The notes under the pieces are model-generated. The model saw only the letters and a program-made list of their open reading frames with translations, made no database searches and was not told where the DNA came from. A DNA stretch of 62,499 bases, the filler included, from Dugesia japonica (Eukaryota): the NCBI GenBank assembly GCA_001938525.1. It is 5 parts of 5 records of this genome, joined end to end, with 100 filler letters (N's around TTAATTAATTAA, not from the genome) between each part and the next. Parts side by side here need not be neighbours in the genome. Positions count along the whole stretch, not along the records: positions 21,379 to 30,733 come from MQRL01640909.1; positions 30,834 to 42,047 come from MQRL01584022.1; 3 more parts are not named here. One strand, 5' to 3'. Positions 26,660 to 37,600 of this stretch are shown here, one piece after another; position 1 is the first letter of the stretch; each line of letters begins with the position of its first letter. The translations under genes and the position numbers were made by a program.

Positions 26660-26977
26660 ATATTGAAATATAAAAATTACAACGAAGCATTCCATTTTAT
26701 ACATCATTAATTAAATCTCCAAAATTGGTGAGACTGCAAATTTTGAAATCATTTCCAACGTTTGTTATGGATGATTTAATTGAAACTATTACAAATATTG
26801 TTCGCGGAAATGTAAATGTGAGCAACGCTAGAAAGGAAGTATTGAAGAAACAATAAAAAAACATTATTACCACTTGTAAATACAAAAAATAGGAAATTGA
26901 TTAGGCGATTAATACGAGATAATCAAGGAGGTAGCTTTTTAGTAGCATTACTACCAATTGCATTAGCAGCATTATAA
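26660..26977 (+). pseudogene. Maverick conserved small basic protein ending in QGGxFL-hydrophobic tail (putative protease-processed core/membrane-active protein)
   Basis: LIETITNIVRGNVNVSNARKEVLKKQ*...RKLIRRLIRDNQGGSFLVALLPIALAAL*. Matches the E...N...GN.......K..L...K...QxGGFL..LL pattern of the gene usually found after the Maverick ATPase. Has a stop and a frameshift. Confidence 0.7.
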
Positions 26978-27109
26978 TTAACTCATTTCAAATAAACAAT
27001 GTTTGCTTTTATATCAACAGTACTAATATAAACTCATTCCAAATAAAAAATTGGTGATTTAAAATCATTACCTAATTTTGATTTCAAATTTTCATCTAAT
27101 TGTTGTAAT

Positions 27110-27275
27110 GGGTAAGCTGAAGAAAATATAAGCGGACCGAGAAAATCCCGCAGGTTTTCGTGGCGTAGAAAAATTGATGAAACCAGGACATAAAACGAAA
27201 TCAAAAACCATAAATTGTTATGGGGTCAACCAGCGTACAGTTTGAATAAAAAGTATGTTGAAAAGATTTCCAACA
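27110..27275 (+). pseudogene. N-terminus of Maverick retroviral-like integrase, truncated
   Basis: D.ENPAGFRGVEKL...LWGQPAYSLNKK...KRF, compared with the recalled Maverick integrase start YYDPxxPxSFGGVxKL...WLxxQxxYTLHKP..KRF. Frameshifted; catalytic core not visible. Confidence 0.7.
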
Positions 27276-30200
27276 AGAGCGTACATTCATTGTTAAGCTT
27301 GCATCACAAATGCATTATTAGCAAAGAAGAATTCAGGTGCAANNNNNNNNNNNNNNNNNNNNNNNNNNNNNNNNNNNNNNNNNNNNNNNNNNNNNNNNNN
27401 NNNNNNNNNNNNNNNNNNNNNNNNNNNNNNNNNNNNNNNNNNNNNNNNNNNNNNNNNNNNNNNNNNNNNNNNNTTTCCTTTTATTATTAATAATAATGAA
27501 TTTAGATTCAATTATAGACGGCTTTAAAGAAATGGTTAAAATTAATTATTCAGACAAAAATCGAGAAATACTAGTACCAAGTAATCAAAGTAATAATTAC
27601 TTGCGTAAGTGTAATATTTGTTACATAAAATATAAAATACAAGATTTATTAAACAAATTTATTAACTAATATTTATTAACTAACATTTAAACATCAAATT
27701 TCATTTTAGTCATTCGATATTTTGTGATACTTTTAATATTTTGTATTTTCTAAATATTTAAATTAAATATTGGTTAATAAAAATAAAAGTATTACCACCA
27801 GTTTTGTTTTTCTTTCAATCTGACATATGTGTGGTTTTCCAAACGCAAATGATAGTGATTGTAATTGTATATCAAGCTTGATTTCGTTTATTTGTTAAGG
27901 ACATTTATATTGTAAGTCAGAATTTAAACCATTTGCAACTTTTACTTTATCTTTTCCAACTAGCTGGTTTGCTAGAGTTGGCGGATAAATATTGTACAAT
28001 TTTACCAAATTAAGCATTAGGAAACTTATGTTTTTTAATGAATCCATTTTGAAATCTAGTTTTTTGACGCTTTCATCTTTTCTTAACAATACCAAACTAT
28101 TTAAAAAGTGAATTTACATTAATGCGTGTAAACCAGTATCTAGTATATTCTCCAACCGATGTCAATAGAGTAATATATCATTATTCTAAATTTCTGCAAA
28201 TGCATCCATGAACAAATCGAGATTGTAAACATTCTTCAGAGTTTCTGCTTTGTTGGCTTTACAATCGCTTAAGAAATCTATATGATTCAAGCTTATGTAT
28301 TTGTTTATCGCATTTGCATTTAATGATGAAAGAATTTTCGGGATTTTGGATTGAGTCATTTCTTTCTTAAATTATTCTTCAATCTCTTCATTTTCACGAG
28401 AACAAATATCGATATTTTTAATCATTTCTTCTTGTTTTAGTTATAATGCATTTATTTTGGTCACATTTTAAAAATAATAATTTATTTCGAAAACCATGAA
28501 TTTATATACATTTCGGTGTGTACCCATGAATGCATGTAATAATAATAATTTGATCTGACTGGTTAATAATTAAAATAATTTTGATTGAGTGTTAAAACCT
28601 ATTTATTCAAAATATAATTTAACTAAAATCATTTATTTTTAAAATGTGATACAAAATAATTGAAAAATTAATAGATGTTAAAAACGTTATTCAAAATGAA
28701 GCAGTTGAGCCAAATTTAGAAAATTATGAAAAAGAATGGCCTACAATAGCAGATGAGGAGAAAAATACTTTGAAGCAACGAGTAATAAATTTTTTAATAA
28801 TTTAATATTTTAAAATGAATGATTTAGAAAATTTTGAATCTGATGTACAAATAATCGAAGAACTAGAGTTGACGAAAAAAATATTCAAATACAAAAAAAA
28901 GTTTGATTTAATTTAATTTTAATTATATTATTTTGTTTTAGATTTGTTCATAGAATTACTTGGACTGCTTTATCAATGCCTTGGAGATGATATACTTTAT
29001 TGTGCACCAGAATTGATTTAGTACAAAATAAAACAGATGACCGGAGTTGATATCAAAAAGGGTATGAACATATTCAACGAATATCATAAAGAAGATATTT
29101 ATTGTGAATACTGTTCTCGAAAGATGAAAGATTTGAAGAAAAAAATTAATGAGTCTAATAAAAGACAATNNNNNNNNNNNNNNNNNNNNNNNNNNNGTTT
29201 GTTATTAAATAAATGTTAATTTAAACTTTATTAGTTTATTAAAAATACTTTAAATAAAAAAAATTTCTGTGTTATACTTTTTATTTTTGCTGATTAAATT
29301 GTATCGAAACAAACAACTTTTTGACATTAGTCGTTATTGTAATGTGTATTTACTTTTTAATTATTTATAAAATAATACAAGAATCCAATTTAAAAATTAA
29401 AAAATAGTGGATGTATCTTACTTTTAAAATTTCTTTGTTCAGAAACTTTTTATGACGATTTCACCTGAGATTTTTTCATGTAATTGCGCGTCTTTCCAAA
29501 TCAAATTCAGCGCGATATCATGTTTCTACTTGACTCTGTCTTCAAAAAACTAAATTCCTTTGTTCCGATTTTTCAACCGAAAGGAAGCATTTTAAGATAC
29601 GAGATTATGATATATTCCTATCTTACTTTTTAATTTTACGTCTAACCATAAATTTTCATCTAAATCGGTAATTACCAGTTCTGACCTGGAGCTTTTTTCA
29701 ATAAAAGTAGTTTAGGCAATGTATAGGTAGTTTTTAGTTTTAGGAAGAATGGCATAATTTCGAGATGATATCTTTCAAAATGGTGGTGGTTCCGATTTTA
29801 AATCTTTAATAACTTTTTAAGGATGTACCAAACATGCATTACATTCACTTTGCGCGTCTAATGATACCAAATTTGGTTTGATCTCATAAGAATTACGGGC
29901 AATACGATCGAAAAACTTCAAAATTTTTGAAAATTCTCTATCCAATGTTATTCATGACCTTGAATGACCTACGAAAATAAATATTTTTTCGATGACCTTA
30001 AAAAAATCGAAAAAAAATCGAACGGAAATTTTTTTTATCTTACCACCACTCCGGGTGGGTCACTGAGGCTGGTTGAATGCTGACATGTACCACTATTTAT
30101 GGGATTTAGAAATTCACCCAATATAAGTTAAAATAAAAATAATTTCTTTTAATCAATAGGAATAATATTAGTAATATTTCCATTCCATTTTGTATCATAT

Positions 30201-31146
30201 TTCTGATTGCCAAAAGAGTAGTTATAGAGAAAATACTATAGATATTTTTAACTATCAAAACTTAATTAAAACAAAGATCTTTGATTAATTAAACAGCATT
30301 TCATTTATTTGTAGAAAAATGATAAATTTAAGTTTTTCAGCAAATAAATGAGTTTATGTCATGCTTTGTATTTTATCTTCAATTCATCATGAATTTTAGA
30401 TTGAAAAAACAAAACCAGTAAGATTTATAATTAATTCTGCCAAAGTAGAATTTTTCTTTGATTGAATGACAATTCAGCTATAAATTGAAATTGTCAAAAT
30501 AATTTATGTTTATTTTTTTGTATATTCTCTTTATAATTTACTATAATTGATTTTTCTTATCCCGAAATTTGAATCTTTCTATGTAATTTTCATTCAAATT
30601 TGCTCTAATTGTGAAATATAGATTTTATTAAAAACAAATTTTTAAGAAAAATGTTAACAAATTATTATTATTTATAATAATAATAATGATAATAATAATA
30701 ATAATAATAATTATTATTATAATAATAATTATANNNNNNNNNNNNNNNNNNNNNNNNNNNNNNNNNNNNNNNNNNNNTTAATTAATTAANNNNNNNNNNN
30801 NNNNNNNNNNNNNNNNNNNNNNNNNNNNNNNNNAATTACAATTATTTTAGAAGAATAAATGTGTAAAATACCGCAAAAAGTATAAAGGATATTTAAATGT
30901 TAAATGGTTTCTTACAAAATTATGATTGTTTAACGTATAATATTTTTCTAAAGCTAATATCTAACAAAAATGAGTTGATTAGCTACTATTGTATAGGGTA
31001 TCATGACAAAATCCCCCTGGACAATATTCCTCATATTGAATGCTCTTCTCGATTTTGCACTTGGTTTCGTTTCTTCCCCGTTTTCTGTTAATTCGTTTAA
31101 TCTTCTGCTAATCTTTATGCTTGATTTTATAGAGAAGCAGGTTTAA

Positions 31147-33240
31147 CATTAGAACTACCGATGTTAAATATATACCTAGTTTTACCGCACCCGTCAAATT
31201 GACAGATTTTTGATTATGACTTTTATTGTAACTTGTGACTTAGTTTAAGTAAATAAAAGAATATAATTTAGCAATAACAAAATTTAATGTAATAATTTAT
31301 TAATTATTAATAAAAAACAAACAAAAACAGTTTTTATTTTAATTAATATTATAGCAAATTTGACATATATGAAACAACTATGAGGCACATATTTTACATA
31401 TACATGTTATCTTAGATGAACACTTGCCACAAACGTATTTTTTGCATGCATTACAAGTATAAATCGCTCTGTTTTTGTTGCGCAAACGAATTTGGCAAGA
31501 TTTGCGTTCATAAGGATTATTTTTTGAGTTTTCTGGAGTACAGTCCATTGCTTGTTTTTGTTTTTGGGAGGAGGTTTCTTTTCTGAAACGACTATATTCA
31601 CTGGAGAGTTCTTCGGATAATTGAAACAAAAATTGTTTTCTAGTTATATNNNNNNNNNNNNNNNNNNNNNNNNNNNNNNNNNNNNNNNNNNNNNNNNNNA
31701 AAATCCACGCATTGATTGCTGCCAAGTCCAAAATATTATAAAATGCCTGCAAAGTTCATCTACGTGAGCCTGCCTTTACGCTATATTTTGCGGGCCATTT
31801 GGTCGACTACATCTACTCCAAACTTAGTTTTATTGTAAAAAGATACAGTTTAAGGAATTTGTTTTCGATTAGAAGCAATCTTTATCGATTTATGTTTAGT
31901 GNNAAGAAGTAGTACTTTTTTGCGAGACTTACTTTTGTTAATTGCTAGTACAATATCATTTGATTTGTAGAGCTTTGTGGAGAAAAGAGGTATGTTATCT
32001 TTTCTAACTTCAGCTATTTTCGGTAATTCTCTTTTATTTCCCCGCATAGTTCCAACAAGACTTGTTTTTTTGGCCAGTAGCTTCTTTGCAAGTTGTACAC
32101 TTGTAAATAAATTGTCTNNNNNNNNNNNNNNNNNNNNNNNNNNNNNNNNNNNNNNNNNNNNNNNNNNTTGTTTTTTTGGCCAGTAGCTTCTTTGCAAGTT
32201 GTACACTTGTAAATAAATTGTCTGTTGTTATGTTTCTTCCATAATTTACATAGCTGTCTACAAGATTCAAAACTACAAATTCACTTAAAGGTACTCCTGA
32301 TGGTCTAGTTTCATCTTTGCCAAAGTAGGGAAAGCCATTTATAAGATATTTACTTCGCACATCTGTAGCTAACCAAAACTTAATTCCGAATTTGTCCGGT
32401 TTATTGGGCATATACTGCAGAAATCTGCATCTTGCCTTTGTGGGAAACAGTTGTTTAACTACACTTATATTCTGAATCTTCCCTTTGATATTCATCTTCT
32501 CCACTTTGTTCAATGTCTTTCACTTTAATTTCATCTGAAGATTCTTCAGAATCTAAAAATTCAGTTTTATTTTCCACGCAAGATATGTCCAAATCATTAT
32601 TATCTGAATTAGTGTCCAAACAGTCTTCATTTATATTAGTGAGTTCTTTGAATTCTTCAAACAACTTTTTGCTTACTGGAAGTCGTTTCATTGTTGCTTA
32701 GGGTTTACGAGAATAGACTTTTCACAGATTACACACAGATCACACTTTTTGACAAGAACATTATCAGATTAGAAGTACAGCTGATAATGATTTCGTCCTA
32801 AATACATTTACCAGTTAGAGCGTTCAGTTCTAAACTAACGGTGTTATAACGGCTTTCGAACACTTTGGATCATTCAATACAAATTTCTGGAAGCGATGTA
32901 ATGAATGTATTGATGTATTGATGTCCATCACTGCATAGATGATACATAAATTATTATAAACTTTGAAACTGCTAAAGTAGTCATTTTGGCGGGTCTTGGT
33001 ATAAAAAGGTATAGGTCATACTGATTATGGAAATTAAAGTCGGTGAAGGGAAANNNNNNNNNNNNNNNNNNNNNNNNNNNNNNNNNNNNNNNNNNNNNNN
33101 NNNTTGAATAGTAATAATTAACTGTTCTTATATTTTATTAAAAGTCGTAATAGAATTCTAGAACAATTACATAAATTTTATCAAACTTTTCAGTATGAAA
33201 TTTGAAAATTGTCAAAATGACGGTCTTGGTAGTTCTAGTG
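31147..33240 (-). mobile_element. piggyBac element with internally deleted, decayed transposase
   Basis: TTAA at 31143-31146 and 33241-33244. TIR cattagaactacc / ggtagttctagtg. Motifs QYMPNKPDKFGIKFW, ITTDNLFTS, LVGTMRGNKRELP, YNKTKFGVDVVD, acidic N-terminus and C-terminal Cys-rich domain. Confidence 0.95.
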
Positions 33241-33627
33241 TTAAGAATACCATTGGATGAAAAGAAAACTAAATTTTCTAACATTAGAACTTCACATTCA
33301 AGAATGGAAATTAAACCCTACAACATGTTATATCTAGAAAGTTAATATATAGAAAGCATGTTTTCTGGAAAACGTATAACATTTTCTTATCTAAATAAAA
33401 TAACATCAACAACCAGATTTGATAGTGGAATACATTATTATTTCAAAATTAATGATCTGATATATAAATCAAAGACATAATTTTAAAGATCCAACTACTG
33501 CTTATAAAAAGAATTATAATTTCTTCAGTCAAATAAAAGAAGTAATTTTAATAAAACTATTTAAGTACGACAAAACGATACATAATAGAATGAAATTTGA
33601 TATTAGTAGAAATGAAATTACACAAAC

Positions 33628-33806
33628 CTATTTAGTATACGTAAAATGTTATTATGACTTTGTGCAAANATTACAGTGAAGTCTTGTAGATTATAAAAAC
33701 TTGAATCCCATAAACCGTATCTAACTAATAAAGATATCTCTTTATGAAATTGACTTCTTAGAAACAATTTTTGAAATTCAATTTGTATTTTTGAATTCAA
33801 CGATTT
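33628..33806 (-). CDS. Candidate further plexin exon (end of Sema domain)
   Basis: AG/GT-bounded open frame KSLNSKIQIEFQKL...FTVxFAQSHNNILRILN. Its phase-0 start is compatible with exon 42526-42335. Sequence similarity to plexin is weak. Confidence 0.35.
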
Positions 33807-34615
33807 CTATTTTTTTCGTCAATATTAAACATTTTAAGATTAAACAAGAAAATAATTTCAATTTTTATTTTTATTTTTTAAATATACATTGTTATTATAC
33901 ACCATTTCTCTATCTCTCGTTCGAAAGTACCCATTAAATAATTTCTTTACTTCAGGTTTTAAGTTAGAGCTGAAATATTTTTTTATATTATTATTGTTAT
34001 TTTATTTTAATTTCGGTTAAATCATTATACATCTTATTGGGGGAATGTATACTCATTTAATTCACTACCTTATCCAAAGAGGTTTGAGATAAGTATAATA
34101 AACGGAAACGTATAGGTTATAAAATAATGTTGTTCAGTAAAAATCAAGGGTGTAGTCTTATAAGCTCCTATAAAAATATTTGGTAAATCCTCATAATATA
34201 CTTAAATATTTACACGATTTACATTGTTGAAGTAATTACTAATACCGATCAAGTTACACAATCAATAACCACCTATAAATTATTTATATATTTAATTATA
34301 TTTGAACTTCATCCCATCAACCGTTTATATATAAATTTTTCACCTTCAGGATCTGGTCAATCCATTTTTCATGAAGGAAGTTGAATGGTTCCATTTTAAT
34401 AAAGACTTTTTACAGACATCTGCAATAGTGATTTACCACTATTTTACTACTTTCGTTTGATATTTTGCTTTGATAATACTTTTTGATCATTTTTTTGTTT
34501 TTATATATTATTTATTGATTAATTTTTAATTATTTATTTATATTTACATTCTTATTATTGATATATTTAATTTAATTTATTATTTGTTTGTATTTGTTTT
34601 TTACAATTTATTTAG

Positions 34616-37600
34616 TTTGAAAGATTACAAAATTAAATTTGATTTCTGTAATTCAACAAAAAGTACGGAGTCTATTGAAGGTAGTTTTGTTTCAGAATCA
34701 CAGTTCTTCGTTTTCACTGGAGTACTTACCCTGTTGTACTCAGTTTTTATGTGTATTTTTTATTTGTTTTATCATGAGAAAATTTTGGAAAACGATAAAT
34801 TAATTCTATCAGTTATTTGTTATTATTGAAAGAATATTTTTTATTGATTTTAATCTCTAGGATTTCGTTTTCACTTGTATCTTGGCTTTCTTTTGGTTTT
34901 TGGGATCATCAGTTTGGGCAAATGCAGTTATTAAAATTAAATTCTTAACAAGTAATGAACAGATTCTTCATTTAAATATATGTAACAAGCCAAATTTGTG
35001 CAAAATAACCGATCCTGCTTTATTTGGAACATTAGATGCATCAATAGTATGATTATTGATTTATAATAATTGATTTTAAATAATTATTAATATAAATTTG
35101 TTGATGAGCAAAAGCAATGAAGAAGAAACTTCAAAATGGCATTTTCTTTGCTTTTTGCTCAGCTCGTGCGGTACACAATCATTTTCATTTTTCCAATTTG
35201 ATTTAAATTCTGATTATCAAGAAGGAGCTTAATCTAGAAGNNAATGTTGTAGCAGTTAAAATGAAAAAGAAGAATTATGCAAAAACTGCTAAATTTAATG
35301 GTTTTCAACTAGATAGTCCAGTCACATTTAAAAGGGATAATTTAGTGTTAAACAACAGAAAACGATTTTCTAATTCCAGAAGATTTGTTAATTCAAATAC
35401 ACCCATCAATTATTTCAATGGAAGAGGATTTAAGAAAATAATTTTCCAGAAGGATCTAAACGATGTTTGACATGCAAAAAAGGACATGCTAGAGCTAATT
35501 GTCCGAATGTAAAATGTTTCCAGTGTAACAGACCCAGAAACTTCAAACATTAATGCTATGAGATACAGGGTATTAAAAGATTATTATCGTCAATTCAATA
35601 TTTTTGCGTATGATGAAGATTCAGATAATTTTACAACACATGATGACAGAACTATAACAGATCAATTCCCAAAATCCAAAGCCCTCTCAAGAGAGGAAGT
35701 TGTAAGATTTGATTTGAGCAATAATGGTATAATTAATAATGATTTTAAATTTATATATGATAATGAATTGATTGAAAAGAATTTTTGTGATTATGTATTT
35801 TTGTATGATGATGTTATGCTTGATATAATTGCTGATAGTAAAAGTAACTTTATAAGTAATAATAATAATTATAGTGGTAATGATAGTTATGACAATAATG
35901 ATTATTTATCTATTATTAATAATTTGGATTAAGAAATTTATGAAAACTATTATAGTCGATCTATGATGAATATAAAATTAATAATATGGTTACATCATGT
36001 TTAATTGATACTGGAGCTAAAATAAGTGTTATTAACTATGAATTATTAAAAATAATAGAAAAGTTTTCAATAATTGATTCTGAGTTAAATGCCAAACAGG
36101 CGAATAATGGTTCTTCAAAAATTGTTGGGAAAGTATATTTAGATTTCAAGCTTAATGAAAAAACGGAGAATATTTGTTTTTATCTTGCTAAAAAAAGCCT
36201 GTTATTTGTGGAATAACTCTATTGAATAAATTTCATGTAAAACTTACCATTAACAAATAAAGATTGGACAGATAAAATCCTAGAAAGTACATTAAAATTG
36301 AGCCCAACGGAAATTGTTTTTGGAAAGAAAATTTCACAATGAAAATTCATGAAACTGTCGAAGAGAAACATGGAAATAGAATAGAAAATCTCATTGATCA
36401 AGATAAAATTAGTCATAACATGTATAAAATAACGAAAAGACATTTTAAATATAGAATAAATAATTTGTTAATGTAATTAAATTTAAATCCAAAGCATTAG
36501 AAATTGAAAATATTAAAGATGAAATGATATTGATGATTTTAAAAAAGTATGAAAGCAATTTAACGAAACATAAATGGGAAAAACTAATTTTGTAAAACAT
36601 GAAATAATAACAAATAGTAAACCAATTGTAATTAATTCTAGGCGCCTACCTTATTATTTAATATATAAGATTTAGCAAAATATTAAAGAAAATGGAAATA
36701 AATAGCATTATAAGTAAATGTGTCTCCCTTGGAATGCTCNTTTGGTTTGCGAAAAAAACGAGACAATGATGAAATACGACTTTGCTTAGATTATATATTG
36801 TTAAATGAAGTTACAGAGAAACCAATTTTTTCTATTCCAAACACTGCGGAAATGATGAAGATTTTGTATGGAGCCAATTTTTTACTAGTATAGATTTGGG
36901 TAATGCATACTATCAAGTAGAATTAACAGATGACTTAAAATTTAAAACTGCGTTTTCGACAAAAAGTGCAAAATCTTGTTTTAATAGAATGCCATTTGGA
37001 ATAGCAGCAGAAATTGATAAATAGAGTTTAAGGTTCCTTAAATTTGAAAGAAGAAGTAGTTTACTTAGATGATATTTTAATTTTTTTCGAAATTATTAAA
37101 GAACACTATAAGAAAATTGATAATGTTTTGAAACGTATAAAATAGATCAGTTTAAAAATAAGTTCATCCAAATGTCATTTCATGAAAAACGAGATAAAAT
37201 TTCTGGGCCATATTATTAATTCAAAATGAATTCATACTGGTAACGAAAGAATTGAAGCAATTTTTAATTTTCAAACCCCAAAATGTGTTAAAATGTTGAT
37301 AAGTTTTTTTATGTCTCATATTATTTTAAGAATTTTATAAAGGATTACACAAAGTATTCAAAATATTTAGAAAATCTATGTGGTAGTAACCAGAAGAAAT
37401 ATGCTGGACAGATGAATGTGAAATATCTTTTAAAAATTTGTAAGCTGAATTAATGAAAGGTTTAGTTTTAGCATTTCCGAATTTTTCTAAAAAAATGTAT
37501 ATTGTATACTGATGCCAGCTTTGATAGAATAGGTGCAGTTTTAATTTACTTCGATAACNNNNNNNNNNNNNNNNNNNNNNNNNNNNNNNNNNNNNNNNNN

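Larger units (their letters stand above)
22735..30100. mobile_element. Decayed Maverick/Polinton-type region, possibly two nested elements
   Basis: Diverged inverted arms of about 420 bp (22735-23160 and 29255-29677). Internal family-type left terminus ATTAGGTAGATACGTAAGCACTGGAAC at 23842 and degenerate right terminus gtaccactatttat at 30087-30100. Contains ATPase, QGG-FL protein and integrase remnants. Confidence 0.85.

Noticed and set aside
25933-26885. Minus-strand ORFs 25933-26124, 26399-26707 and 26697-26885
   Set aside because: Antisense shadows of the ATPase and QGG-FL genes.
34050-34490. Exon-like sequence upstream of the synaptophysin exons
   Set aside because: No frame gives synaptophysin N-terminal motifs (EP.GF, FAF, YPF), and the frames tried contain stops.
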